A stretch of 60,909 nt of DNA, filler included, from Nitrospinota bacterium (lineage in GTDB: Bacteria > JADFOP01): the NCBI GenBank assembly GCA_022562795.1. It is 4 parts of 4 records of this genome, joined end to end, with 100 filler letters (N's around TTAATTAATTAA, not from the genome) between each part and the next. Parts side by side here need not be neighbours in the genome. Positions count along the whole stretch, not along the records: positions 31,670 to 46,378 come from JADFOP010000048.1; positions 46,479 to 60,909 come from JADFOP010000049.1; 2 more parts are not named here. One strand, written 5' to 3'. The notes under the pieces are model-generated. The model ran no database searches, was not told where the DNA came from, and worked only from the letters and a program-made list of their open reading frames with translations. The translations under genes were made by a program, and so were the position numbers. How positions within the stretch are numbered: the stretch's first letter is position 1; each line of letters starts with the position of its first letter. This document shows, in pieces, positions 38,188 to 48,631 of this stretch.

Positions 38188-40623
38188 TCATACCTTCCTG
38201 GAGAGAGTGTGATTGATAGCTAGGGCCTGAGACCAAAGGAGCTTAGTGACTGACTTGACCGACGCCACGATTAGAAACGCGCTGATGACGGCCACGAAGT
38301 ATCCAAGAAGAACAGGAAGTCGAGCAAGTTCCTCCCACGGGAGACCGACATAAGCGGTTGAAACCAATATGCTTAGCCTAACACCTATTCCACAAAGGGC
38401 TGGCAACAACGCGGTAGAGACCATCGATACCGTTGAAGCACCCGAATCGGCCCACGTCATTCCCCAAAGAAGAACCGTAGCAGGAAGGATATATCGGCTG
38501 GCAATCACAAGAACCGTCCGTTCAATATGTTCCGTCATCGCGGAACCGAGGATAAATTGGTCGGTCAGTTCTATAAGCTTTAAACCAAACCCGTTACCCG
38601 GCAATAGGTAGAAGGCCCATATAAACAGACTAATCATTATGCCTCTCGCCACCGCTGATGTTCCCCTTGCAGCTACCCAAATGGCAATGAGAATGGGTAG
38701 CGCGACAATGTGAGTCGTGTGATTAATATTACTGGAAGTCCCAAGATAGAAGAAGACAACCCACAGGGACAACCAAACATCTCTGGTTATTGGTTTCTTC
38801 AAGCTGACTAATGCCACCGGAATTAATAACAGTACCAGTAGAATGGTCCGTACTTCTACGGTAGAAGGCCAGGCAATAGCCGCTACACCAGGGACAAACA
38901 ATAATAGTCCATTGCTAAGAGTGCTTATTCTCTCCGGGTCTTCCCTTAACCTCCACCATAGAAAGGAGAAACCTACTACCAGGACGCCTGCGGCCAGAAG
39001 CCATCTGTCAGGTAAGCTGATGGGAGTGTATACGTTGTAGAACGTCAGCCTTCTGATGGCGAGGCCGATCCAAAACGCACCGAAGAGCAGAATCCAAACG
39101 GGACGGCGGGACAACCCCCACGCCACCAAGGGGATGCTAAACACCAACCAGTTGAGGGGATGATACGGATTGGCAGATAGAAACCCCCCCGTGAAGAGAA
39201 GCGTAAAAAGAAACAAGAGCAGCCCATCTTCCAGGCTGGAGTTCCTCTTGCCGAAGAGTCGAACATAGAACATTGGCAAAGCCGCAATGAGCGCAAAAGC
39301 GGCCGCCACCTGCCAAGGATTAGCGAAAATTAAATTGGCGCTGAAAGGCAGATGAGAGGAGACGTAGTCCGATACTCCCACGTAGAACTCAATGCCGATG
39401 AGCGCGCAGAGACCAAGTATCCCGCCCCCAATCAGCCAAATCCTGGAACGCACGGTCCATCCGAGATCACCATCGGAAAGGGAGACATATGCCAGAAGCG
39501 CCATGGATAACAAGGTGGCCGATACCATAAATACTCCCATGGGTGATGAGCCTTTTCTTCCCATGTTGGCCAGCCTCTTATCGCGAAGCTCATTCAGCGT
39601 CATGGGGGTTGAAGTCCCAGTTATTACCTTAGAAAGCAGCTTTATCATCATAGACTTGTCTTCGGCAGGTAGTTTGAGCAAATCTAGGGCTGGCAAAGCC
39701 GGGGATTCGTAGAACGGAGACACGCCCGCCAATATGGAGAGGGTTGGAGCCCAGTCTATTTGTAGAACTTTCGTCGGTCCCCCTTTTTTCACGCGGGGGC
39801 CTAAGAGAATAAACGGGGTTTCCATCACCATCTCAGTACGGTCCACATGAAAACCATTGTCATCCATCCCGTGTTCAGCCGTAATCAATACAACGTCCTT
39901 GTCTGTGGTCAAATTGACAAGTTGGCGCACATAATCGTCAATAATTCGTAGAGTAGGTGGATACTTAGGGGATCGTGGAGTTTCAAGATGTCCGATGTAA
40001 TCCAAAGTGATGAATTGAACCACTGCAAGATCCCATTTTTCTTTCTTGAGAAAACCGTAAGCCTGATTGAATAGGTACCTCGCGTCCTTGCGGTACTGAC
40101 TAAAGAGAAAAAATCGAGGCTTAAATGCGGTAAGATCAGTGTACTTACCGTAGGCCCCGTGCATAACGTCGGAACTAAAAATTACGGCTCGCCTGTTTTG
40201 TTGAGTTACACGTTGAAAAAGGTTATCAGAAGCCGTTGCTGATGCTTGAAAATCTTCAAAGAAGGCGAAGGGACTTGCCAGGGTTCCAGAGAATATTGCT
40301 AGGTCGCCCGCAATTGTTAGCGGGACGGAGGCCACCTCGGAGATGCCCCACGCGCCGTATTCTCGAAGGCTGGAAATAAATGGCATGTGGTCGCTGAACG
40401 TGAAGTCCTTGCGTGCGGAATCTAACAGAATTACCAACATTCTCCCACGCGGCGGAACCAATGACGAAGGAGGATTGATTTCTCCATATTCTACGTGATT
40501 CTGAATAGCTAGGAGACCGAAGCCTGCGTAAGCAATCGCGGTCGAAAAAATGAGCAGAGCCAAAAAGAATAAAATGGCACCTTTTTGTCTTGCCCACAAG
40601 GGGATGATTCTCCTTTTCACCAC
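38188..40623 (-). CDS. Alkaline-phosphatase-superfamily domain + large multi-TM region (GPI ethanolamine-phosphate transferase-like architecture)
   Basis: One N-terminal TM; 'VILLDSAR', 'PLT', 'LDYIGH', 'TAEHGM...GFH', 'QIDWAPTLS'; then more than 10 TM segments. Confidence 0.7.
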   Translation of the reverse strand: MVKRRIIPLWARQKGAILFFLALLIFSTAIAYAGFGLLAIQNHVEYGEINPPSSLVPPRGRMLVILLDSARKDFTFSDHMPFISSLREYGAWGISEVASVPLTIAGDLAIFSGTLASPFAFFEDFQASATASDNLFQRVTQQNRRAVIFSSDVMHGAYGKYTDLTAFKPRFFLFSQYRKDARYLFNQAYGFLKKEKWDLAVVQFITLDYIGHLETPRSPKYPPTLRIIDDYVRQLVNLTTDKDVVLITAEHGMDDNGFHVDRTEMVMETPFILLGPRVKKGGPTKVLQIDWAPTLSILAGVSPFYESPALPALDLLKLPAEDKSMMIKLLSKVITGTSTPMTLNELRDKRLANMGRKGSSPMGVFMVSATLLSMALLAYVSLSDGDLGWTVRSRIWLIGGGILGLCALIGIEFYVGVSDYVSSHLPFSANLIFANPWQVAAAFALIAALPMFYVRLFGKRNSSLEDGLLLFLFTLLFTGGFLSANPYHPLNWLVFSIPLVAWGLSRRPVWILLFGAFWIGLAIRRLTFYNVYTPISLPDRWLLAAGVLVVGFSFLWWRLREDPERISTLSNGLLLFVPGVAAIAWPSTVEVRTILLVLLLIPVALVSLKKPITRDVWLSLWVVFFYLGTSSNINHTTHIVALPILIAIWVAARGTSAVARGIMISLFIWAFYLLPGNGFGLKLIELTDQFILGSAMTEHIERTVLVIASRYILPATVLLWGMTWADSGASTVSMVSTALLPALCGIGVRLSILVSTAYVGLPWEELARLPVLLGYFVAVISAFLIVASVKSVTKLLWSQALAINHTLSRKV

Positions 40624-40974
40624 GACCCTAGTTCTACAGCTAAATGCTCGTAGTTCTCCACTCCAGAATCAAGACATTACGCCGAAGCTGGGCCCCAAGC
40701 GTTCCTTTGACCATGGTCCTAGCACCGAAAGAGGGTCGACGTCGGACTCAACCCCCTTGGTTCCTTCTTACGCCCATCCAATGGCGTAAAGCCCATTACA
40801 GTACCACTATATAATCTCAGCTGGGCCTCAAGGGTCTTTTTTAGCTCTGCTTACTTACGCCTCCCTCGTGCTCGGGTCCGAGCGCGAATGAAAGCTCTGG
40901 TCCCGGGGGAGTCCTTGTTCTCGATTATAGCAGAGCAAAATGAGGCTGACTGTCGGCGCTGTCCCGGTCCTTGC

Positions 40975-42582
40975 CTAGCGTCCAAACACCCTCGCCCTCA
41001 GCAGCCGTAACATTTGCAGGTCCTCCCGCTCAAGCTGCTGAAGGAGCAGGAGACCGACGTAGCAGAGGCTGAAGACCCCAGTGGACAAGGCCAGGCTCAA
41101 TACGGGCGAGGCCACAGGCGCCACCAACCGGAACCCCACTACGACCAAGCCTCCAGCCAGGCCGGCAGCGAGCGGTTTGGCCCACTTTCTATCATAGGGC
41201 GAGAGTTTCAAGAACCACCGAACCTGCGCGAGGCCCAAGAAATTGCCTACAACCATGGCCGCCCCCGTCGCTATGGCCGCACCCAGAATACCAAAGCGGG
41301 GGATCAAGAGGAGATTGAGCAAAAAGTTCAACCCGGTCACCGCAAAGGTGTTGGCCAAAACCAGCCGACTCCAGCCGGCCATGCGAATTATAGCGCCGCA
41401 CGATCCAACGCACGAGTTGTAGAAAACGGCCCCGGCCAAGATAATCAATGCCAGACCGCCCTGCGCGAACTCGGCGCCAAAGATTACCAAAATGTCCCGG
41501 CTGAGCAGCACGACGAGGACAAATATGGGCAGGGTGAGGGTAAAGACCCAACGGGTATCGATCTTGAAGAGCTGGTCGAGCCCATCCATGTCGTTGCGAT
41601 GAAGGAGCTCTGCGATTATCGGAGCGAAGATGGAACCAAAGGCAAAATGGATCATCCCACATAAAGCCGCCACCCGCAGGGCCACGCTGTAGACGCCGAC
41701 CTGTGCCGGGGCGGTAAAGTAGCCCAACATTATCGTATCGGTCCATTCCACGATCATCGCCAGCATGCCGGCCCCAAGCAAGGGAACTGAAAAGCTGATC
41801 AAGGCCCAGGCTTGGCCGGGTTCCCTCCGTCTCGTGCCGGAGGTTAGGAGGCGTCGGAGCGCCAAGCCGGCCAGGACGGCGCCTGCCACTGCGGCAACGA
41901 CGTAAGAGCCCACCGCCGCCCCGATTTCCAAGCCCCCAAGGACTAGCACCAGGAAGAGCCCAATGCGTGCGGCGGGCTCAAAAAGGTTGCTTACCCAGAA
42001 CGTCTCTTCCATGCGTTGAAAGCCCCTGGTCGCATGAAGCCACAGCGTGCAGAAAACGGCGGCCGGCACCGCTATCGTCATCAAGCGCAGCATGCCACCT
42101 ATGGCGGGCTGATGGAATATTCGGGTCGCAACGGGAGCCGCCACGGCCCAGCCAGCCAGAACCACTACCACGGAAGAGGCGAGCCCCATCCACGAGGCCG
42201 TCCCTACCAGGCCCGGTATGTGGTCAGCGCTCCCCCCGGCTCTTTGCTGGGCGACGAACCGCATCACGCCTTGATCGAGACCCATCGCCGCAACCGTCGT
42301 CATGATGGTAACGGCGCCAACCAGGAGCATATAGGTCCCGTAGCCGCCAGCGCCCAGATAAGTGGTGAGGATAAAAATGTAGGCGACGCCGAGGAAGCGC
42401 CGAAGGACAACCCCCAAAATGGCCAGCCCCCCACCCCGAAGGAGCGTGCGGAGATAGCTTTGGAGTTCATCAATGAGCCGGTCGGCGTCAGAGGTCGCTT
42501 CTTCCACAATGGGCCTCAAGTTCTCCACGTACTCTGGGGTGGAAGCGGTCCGGCGGCGCCTCTCCCTGATAGGTCTCTTCAC
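40975..42582 (-). CDS. Polysaccharide flippase (Wzx/MOP family)
   Basis: About 14 TM segments, 'DTIMLGYF...VGVYSVA', 'LIPRFGILGAAIAT'. Confidence 0.88.
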   Translation of the reverse strand: MKRPIRERRRRTASTPEYVENLRPIVEEATSDADRLIDELQSYLRTLLRGGGLAILGVVLRRFLGVAYIFILTTYLGAGGYGTYMLLVGAVTIMTTVAAMGLDQGVMRFVAQQRAGGSADHIPGLVGTASWMGLASSVVVVLAGWAVAAPVATRIFHQPAIGGMLRLMTIAVPAAVFCTLWLHATRGFQRMEETFWVSNLFEPAARIGLFLVLVLGGLEIGAAVGSYVVAAVAGAVLAGLALRRLLTSGTRRREPGQAWALISFSVPLLGAGMLAMIVEWTDTIMLGYFTAPAQVGVYSVALRVAALCGMIHFAFGSIFAPIIAELLHRNDMDGLDQLFKIDTRWVFTLTLPIFVLVVLLSRDILVIFGAEFAQGGLALIILAGAVFYNSCVGSCGAIIRMAGWSRLVLANTFAVTGLNFLLNLLLIPRFGILGAAIATGAAMVVGNFLGLAQVRWFLKLSPYDRKWAKPLAAGLAGGLVVVGFRLVAPVASPVLSLALSTGVFSLCYVGLLLLQQLEREDLQMLRLLRARVFGR

Positions 42583-42883
42583 AATCTGCCCGACTTAACA
42601 GCCAGAGAGACTCTTCGGCATTATAGGAGATTAGCCCGATAGTGACAAGGAACCTCTTCTTCCAGAATGAGCTCCTGCCCGAGGGGTCGCAGCGGGCCGT
42701 TCGGAATCGCTCTTTTCAAGGTCTTAGGGATTTGCTATCTTTTGTTTGCAACTTGGGATGAAGGCCTAAGGTGTCTAGAGGATAGAACGGTGCTATCTAG
42801 AGACCTGTCGGAAGTGATTGCTAGAGCTGACTCGGATGCCCTTAGTATACGTCAGGTGGCTAGAGCCGGGGCCTTTAGAGCCG

Positions 42884-43705
42884 ATGCGCACTAAAGTCCC
42901 TTCGGGCGAAACGCGCCCGACCCTCGATGAGGTCTGGGCCTCGTGGAGCGACGAGAAGCGTGGCTGGGATGCCCGGTACCCCTGGATTTACTACTGCAAA
43001 CGACCTCTCTCGCTTTATCTGACCCGGTGGCTCATTCCCTTTGGGGTCACGGCCAACCAGGCTACGGCCTTCTCGGCGCTGGCCCTGGTTGGGAGCATTA
43101 TCTGCTTCAGCTTAGGTTTCAATGCGGGCTTTGTCGCGGGAGGCATCCTGCTGATGGTCTTCTTCGTAGCCGATAAGGTAGATGGCAACCTCGGCCGATT
43201 CCTAGAGGGAGGCTCGCAGGCCGGAGAATTTTTCGACAACGTCGCGGGTGCGCCTTCCTTCACCATCTACTTCTTTATCGGGCTAGGGCTGATGCGGACG
43301 CCCGATGCCTGGGGCCACCACCTCGTTGCCGCGGTGACCGCCGAGCCCGACGCCGCCTTCGTGGGGGCCGGGCTCTTAATCCTAGGCGCCTGGACGACCA
43401 TCGCCGCCCTCTTGACCATGGTCCTGAGAACCCTGGTCACCCTCAACCTCCTGCAGAAGGCCGAGCCCGAACGTCTGGCGGCCCTCCCCGGTGTGCTCGC
43501 CACTTCCCATGGCCGGCGCCTCCACAAATTCAAGGTGAATCTGGTCGATCTCCAGGGGCACGATTTCCTCCCCCTTGTTGCCGCAATGACCGGCGGGATG
43601 AGCTTGTTTCTCGCCGCCAGCGCCGTCGTCCAGACCATCAACCTAATCCTGGAGACGTTCTACTACTGTCGCCGCGCTCTTCGGCTCTTTCCGCCTTCGG
43701 GCTAA
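42884..43705 (+). CDS. CDP-alcohol phosphatidyltransferase family protein
   Basis: 'TANQAT', 'ADKVDGNLGR...GEFFD' (DxxDGxxAR..G..D). Confidence 0.8.
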   Translation: MRTKVPSGETRPTLDEVWASWSDEKRGWDARYPWIYYCKRPLSLYLTRWLIPFGVTANQATAFSALALVGSIICFSLGFNAGFVAGGILLMVFFVADKVDGNLGRFLEGGSQAGEFFDNVAGAPSFTIYFFIGLGLMRTPDAWGHHLVAAVTAEPDAAFVGAGLLILGAWTTIAALLTMVLRTLVTLNLLQKAEPERLAALPGVLATSHGRRLHKFKVNLVDLQGHDFLPLVAAMTGGMSLFLAASAVVQTINLILETFYYCRRALRLFPPSG

Positions 43706-43868
43706 CCCATTCCTTCCGGCTCACTTGACCGAGCCCCATCCTTCAAGGATAACCTCTTACGTTGGGCTGTGGGCCCTATATTCCTCCGGCTTGACTCATG
43801 TCTGGTGCGCTGCTATACAGATGGTCCCGGACCTATAAGCCCGGGCTGATGCCGATCGCCAACCCCGT

Positions 43869-43944
43869 GGGGCAGTAGCTCAGTCGGGAGAGCGCCACGT
43901 TCGCAACGTGGAGGTCGTGGGTTCGATTCCCATCTGCTCCACCA
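43869..43944 (+). tRNA. tRNA-Ala (anticodon CGC)
   Basis: Acceptor stem GGGGCAG/CTGCTCC with G3:U70, anticodon arm CCACG-TTCGCAA-CGTGG, T-loop GTTCGATT, encoded CCA. Confidence 0.96.
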
Positions 43945-44172
43945 TTCTTCATTTAGAGATCTAAGGTCTTCCAAGCAAGAAGCGACCTTCTGGCCTCATC
44001 TGGCGTCTCCGACTTCAAGGCCGCTTTTTAGGGGATAATGGAGGCCGCATACCGTTACAGCTTCAAGTGGGCTACCGGGCCCACCCGATTCACAACCATT
44101 GCAACCGGTTAGCGGAGCGGAACTTTATCTTACCGGAGAGCCTAAAGGCGCCAAGGAGGTTGGCCTAGTTCA

Positions 44173-44913
44173 TTAAGACTTCTTAAGACCTGCCAGAACA
44201 TGAAATGTCCTAACCTTTGTCCATCGATAGTTTATTTGACGGCAGAAATCAAAAAGCGAGTCATTTCTTCCCACGTCATGAGCTAATAACATTCCGTTGC
44301 TTTTTAAAACAGGCCATGCGCTGGTGAATTCAAACATCATGTTTTCGTAGGAATGATCGCTGTCATGAAGAAAAATATCAATCGGGCTAACTTCTTGAAG
44401 GAGTGGGTCTAAAATATCTTCTGAGGTACCAAGCAGCAGGTTCCAGCGACTTCTGAGGTCGTCTTGGACTATCCATCCACTAGATTGTTTTTCGTCAGGC
44501 AAGTCTATCGAGTGCAGAACCCCTTTCCCGTTCTTTTCCATGGCCTTGAGGATAAACGCTGATGATTTCCCAGCCCCCACTCCCGTCTCAACAACCACAT
44601 CTGGTTTCATGAGACGAACTACAACGTAGAGTAAATCCGCCTCTCGCGTCATATAAAACCTGCCAGGGCCTGGCGCTTTCAACTCCAGGCTCTCATTGAC
44701 TGAAGTTAAAAAGCTTTCCTCCTCGGCCAGTTCCTCAAACAATTCTGATACGTTTTTCTTGGGAATTCCCAAAAGATCAACGGGAAAGCGAATCTTTGAG
44801 GTAAATGTGTATCTATACTTAAGCTCCCTCACCGCTCTTTTAGGGCCAAATATTGCTTTAACGATATGTTTGGGATAAATACTTCGCAGAACGTCCAGCG
44901 TCCATCGACTCAT
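44173..44913 (-). CDS. Class I SAM-dependent methyltransferase (Methyltransf_24-like)
   Basis: 'VVETGVGAGKSS', 'SIDLP', 'FLHDSDHSYE'; AT-rich. Confidence 0.85.
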   Translation of the reverse strand: MSRWTLDVLRSIYPKHIVKAIFGPKRAVRELKYRYTFTSKIRFPVDLLGIPKKNVSELFEELAEEESFLTSVNESLELKAPGPGRFYMTREADLLYVVVRLMKPDVVVETGVGAGKSSAFILKAMEKNGKGVLHSIDLPDEKQSSGWIVQDDLRSRWNLLLGTSEDILDPLLQEVSPIDIFLHDSDHSYENMMFEFTSAWPVLKSNGMLLAHDVGRNDSLFDFCRQINYRWTKVRTFHVLAGLKKS

Positions 44914-45039
44914 GACAAGAGCTCTCTCGGGGGAAGCACCCAATTTGCTCTTAATATACTATCGGTTGGAAGGATATAAAATCAACCGGTTGAATAGAAC
45001 CCCCTTATGGATAGGGGAAATCGCCCAAAAAAAAGCAGA

Positions 45040-45070
45040 TATTCGGAAATTCGCGGAAATTCGCGGAAAA
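45040..45070. repeat. 31-bp motif with 10-bp periodicity, shared with 30682-30712
   Basis: TATTCGGAAATTCGCGGAAATTCGCGGAAAA (1 mismatch to the other copy). Confidence 0.75.
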
Positions 45071-45356
45071 AATGCTGTATGCCGCGAGCCCAAGCGCCCG
45101 GCCCAACCCTACTCAACGCGCCGGAACGGAACCCTTCCCGCAGCCACGCGGGGGCACTCTAGACAGATGTGTCAGCCGCGCGGAGGCCTCCAAGGATACG
45201 CCTCCTTGTTCCGCCATCCCGAATCATGCTAAAATCGGCCCAGGGCCGCGCGGTCTCATAGATACCAGGGAGTGCCTATTTGACCATTGTGCGGCTCTGG
45301 GCCGTAAAATATCGGCTGCTCAAACTCCCCATAATTATAACCATAAATGGTGTGCA

Positions 45357-45740
45357 ATGTCAAGCGATAAATCACCTGACGTAGTGATTAACCCTATCTG
45401 TAAGAGAATCAAAGAGTTACGAGAAGAAAGGGGCTGGAATCAACGGGAGCTGGCCAACGCGGCCGGTATCCATCCCAACTTCATCAACCGGGTCGAGGCG
45501 GGAAAAGGCTTAAGCCTCGATAATCTCTGTAAGATTTTCGACGCCCTGGGAGTCTCTATAGAAGAACCTCATGAAGAGCGGGGCGTCCCCGCCTTCCGCG
45601 AGGACCGCCTGGCCCCCATGTACGGAAGGATGCGTCCGGAGAGCAGGAAGCTCCTGGAAGAGGTCCTTGCGGATCGCGAAGGGCGGAGCTACCTGCTCGA
45701 GCAGGCCCGGTTTTGGTTGAGCCGACGAAAGGGAAAATAG
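45357..45740 (+). CDS. XRE-family HTH transcriptional regulator
   Basis: 'RIKELREERGWNQRELANAAGIHPNFINRVEAG'. Confidence 0.85.
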   Translation: MSSDKSPDVVINPICKRIKELREERGWNQRELANAAGIHPNFINRVEAGKGLSLDNLCKIFDALGVSIEEPHEERGVPAFREDRLAPMYGRMRPESRKLLEEVLADREGRSYLLEQARFWLSRRKGK

Positions 45741-46378
45741 CGAAGGAGAAGCGCCACAGGGTCGCCGAGTGGCCGGTCAGCGAGCAACCGAGGGAGCGGC
45801 TTAGGGCGTTCGGCGCGCCCGCCTGCTCCGACGCGCAGCTTCTCGCCATCCTGCTTCGGACTGGCGACGGCAAGGTCGACCCTGTTACGCTCGCCCGCTC
45901 GCTCATTCACGAATTCGGAGGCCTTAGGGCCCTCTCCGAAGCCTCGATCGACGAGTTCATGGAGATCAAGGGCCTCGGGCTCGCCAAGGCTGCGGTCATA
46001 CGGGCCGCCTTTGCCCTAAGCCAGAGGCTGGGCAACGCCGATGGCGCCGACCGGCCCATCTTCGACGCCGGGGACGTTTTCGACGTCTACGGCGAGGAGA
46101 TGGCGGCGCTCCCCCACGAGGTGCTCAGGCTCCTCGTCCTCAACGCCAAAAACCGCCTCATCAGACACCGGGACATCGCCGTCGGCGGGCTCTTCGGACG
46201 AAACGTCCGGGCTGCCGACGCCTTCTACCACGCTGTGCGCGAGCGGGCCGCCTCGGTGATTTTCGTCCACAACCATCCCTCGGGCGACCCGACGCCGAGC
46301 AAGGACGACCGGGACCTGACCCGACACTTATGCGAGACGGGCGCCCTGCTCGACATCCCCGTCCTCGACCACATCATC
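45713..46378 (+). CDS. radC: RadC/JAB-domain protein, 3' end truncated by the contig edge
   Basis: 'PRERL', 'LLAILLRTG', HhH 'IKGLGLAKA', 'HNHPSGDPTPS..D', 'LDHII'. Confidence 0.92.
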
Positions 46379-46478
46379 NNNNNNNNNNNNNNNNNNNNNN
46401 NNNNNNNNNNNNNNNNNNNNNNTTAATTAATTAANNNNNNNNNNNNNNNNNNNNNNNNNNNNNNNNNNNNNNNNNNNN
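46379..46478. other. Artificial contig linker
   Basis: N run with TTAATTAATTAA. Confidence 0.98.
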
Positions 46479-46820
46479 CAAATTATAGTGCGCCCCGACA
46501 AGGTCGGGCTTCAGAAGTATCGCCACCTTGAATGCCATCACCGCTTCTTCGTAGCGGCCAAGATTCCCGTAAGCCGATCCCAAGTTATAGTGGGCCTCGG
46601 CATCGGCAGGCTTAAGGCCTATCGCTTCCTTGTATGACGCTATCGCTTCCTCGTGTTGCCCAAGTCGTCCACAAGCCACCCCATAACCAAGGTGCGCCGC
46701 TACATCATCAGGCTTCAGACGTATCGCTTCCTTGTACGACGCTTTTGCATCCTCGTGATGCCCTGAACGAAGTCCCTTAAGCCCCCGTTCTAACAGCGAA
46801 GAAAGATCTTGGTGGACCAT
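46479..46820 (-). CDS. Tetratricopeptide repeat protein, truncated at the contig edge
   Basis: 34-aa repeats 'EAIASYKEAIGLKPADAEAHYNLG'. Confidence 0.85.
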
Positions 46821-46858
46821 CGAAAGGCTCCAATAATTAGAAGATCACTTAACTCTGA

Positions 46859-47521
46859 TTAGATAGGTGTGGACATAGCATCCCAGAACATCAACTCATA
46901 TCCCTGAAGCAGTCTTGCCGCGCGTTTGATCAGTCGAGGTGAGAGTCCCCGAGCCAGGTCGCGGCCCACAATTTCGACGGCCCGATTTTCCAAGTCTGAG
47001 GGAGGGGTTGCAAACAGGTCAAAAAATCCCACGTCTTCTTCGGAAAAGCCGTACCGATCCTTCAAGCCGGCGCTCATCCTAGCACAGTTGTCCCCCCAGG
47101 CAGAAAAGTTAAGTGCAAAGGCCGCAGCGACTTGCCCGGCCCAGCCATAGGCGGCCAGCCACGCCATATAGGCTGTGTAAGCATGAGCGCGGGGGTCGGG
47201 CTCATGGGCCGACAGGGCCTCTAGGTCCATCCCAACGGCGGCCCCGAATCGTACGAGCCTCTCGAAAGCAGCCTTCTCTCCCTGGAGGATTCCCCAAAAG
47301 AAGTCGTGGGCGGGGGAGGCAGAATGGCGGCTAAGGAGGTGGGCAACGCTTCTCAGGTCGCTCTCGATGATGTGGTACTGCTCCCCGGCAAGTAGACGAA
47401 ACCGCTCTCGTGGAACGGAGCCGGATTCCACCGCCGAGAGGAACGGATGGCTCCGGATGCGATCCTCCAGAGGCAACATTTCGACCTTCATTTCATCGAA
47501 TAGGCGCTGTGCATCGGACAT
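46859..47521 (-). CDS. TenA/THI-4/PqqC heme-oxygenase-like fold protein
   Basis: 'IRSHPFL', 'YTAYM', 'YELMFWDA'. Confidence 0.75.
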   Translation of the reverse strand: MSDAQRLFDEMKVEMLPLEDRIRSHPFLSAVESGSVPRERFRLLAGEQYHIIESDLRSVAHLLSRHSASPAHDFFWGILQGEKAAFERLVRFGAAVGMDLEALSAHEPDPRAHAYTAYMAWLAAYGWAGQVAAAFALNFSAWGDNCARMSAGLKDRYGFSEEDVGFFDLFATPPSDLENRAVEIVGRDLARGLSPRLIKRAARLLQGYELMFWDAMSTPI

Positions 47522-47649
47522 CGTCGTGCTCTCCACTCGGGTGGCCCTAAGGCGTCTTGGGCAAGCATTAGAGAGCGAAATCCACGCTCTCGATGACCAA
47601 TGACCCTCGAGGAACCTTTGTCGTAGTAGATCTTAATGGCCTCCTCGTC

Positions 47650-47940
47650 TTACCCTTCCTTGACCATATCGCTGAATTCAGAGATGGGTATCGCCGACAG
47701 GGTCTTAGCGCGAAAATTCCCTTTGGCGGCGATGAGAGCGCTTACATGGGCCGCGGTCTGTACATCCGGAGCATCGATAATCGCTATGACATCATAGTCG
47801 CCAAGCGTTACCCATCCATGAAGCAAGCTTACCCCGTGGTTCTCCATGATTTCCCTCGCCTCACCAATCATCTGGGGAAAATTCTTTATGTTTTTGACTC
47901 CCTGTTCGGTGAGGGATGCGAGGCGGATAAAAGTGGCCAT
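47650..47940 (-). CDS. GYD-domain protein
   Basis: 'TEQGVKNIK', 'TLGDYDVIAIIDAPD', 'GNFRAKTL'. Confidence 0.85.
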   Translation of the reverse strand: MATFIRLASLTEQGVKNIKNFPQMIGEAREIMENHGVSLLHGWVTLGDYDVIAIIDAPDVQTAAHVSALIAAKGNFRAKTLSAIPISEFSDMVKEG

Positions 47941-48243
47941 AGTCTTTCCTCCTTGTCCTAAGTTTGTTCAAGGATAAGAGCAGGCGAAAGAATTCTTATT
48001 GCCCCCCTTTTAATCATAAGCAATCTGCATAAGCCAGACAAATATTGGCAACGGGGCCACTTATCTGGCAGGCAAGACCCGTAACAATCTAGGGTTCCTA
48101 TTTCAGGAACGGATGGGTCGGCAGTTACAATAGTCCCAGGGAAATCGTTACTAGCCAGGATTACAGAGAGGGACAGATTGCGGGGTTATTTACCCCTTGG
48201 AGGCAGGAGAGCATCATGGCCGAGCTGAAATCATCCAGGCGGC

Positions 48244-48525
48244 TCAGCCTTTCGTCTGGGGCGGAACGTAGCCCTCCGGCATCTTGCCCCCTTCCCCGAA
48301 AAAGAAATCTTCAACGCAATTGTTGAAAATTTCGTCCGTCGCATCATCCGTTAAATCGAGCTGATTTTCGTTGAGAACCATCGTGAAATACTCGCGGAAC
48401 ATGTCCCAGCCTTCCTGAGATACATTCTCGTACACCTTCTGGCCGAGGTCTCCGAGAAGGGGGGCCCTTGGGAGGCCTGGAGCCTCTCGGTCCAGCTTTA
48501 CACAATGGACCGTTCTTTCTGTCAT
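48244..48525 (-). CDS. yggX: Fe(II)-trafficking/oxidative damage protection protein (YggX family)
   Basis: 'RTVHCVKL.REAPGL..P..GDLG..VYENVS..GW', 'NE..L', 'EGYVPP'. Confidence 0.85.
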   Translation of the reverse strand: MTERTVHCVKLDREAPGLPRAPLLGDLGQKVYENVSQEGWDMFREYFTMVLNENQLDLTDDATDEIFNNCVEDFFFGEGGKMPEGYVPPQTKG

Positions 48526-48631
48526 GTCGTCTCCTCCGCAGACTCGTACTCTAGCATGAGCACGGGGGGGGATACAATGCGGCGGGAGTGCGTATGAAGG
48601 GCAGGTCGTTGCCCTAGAGGCCGGACACCCA

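Noticed and set aside
46479-46760. ~102-bp periodic repeats
   Set aside because: Coding TPR repeats, not a nucleic-acid element.
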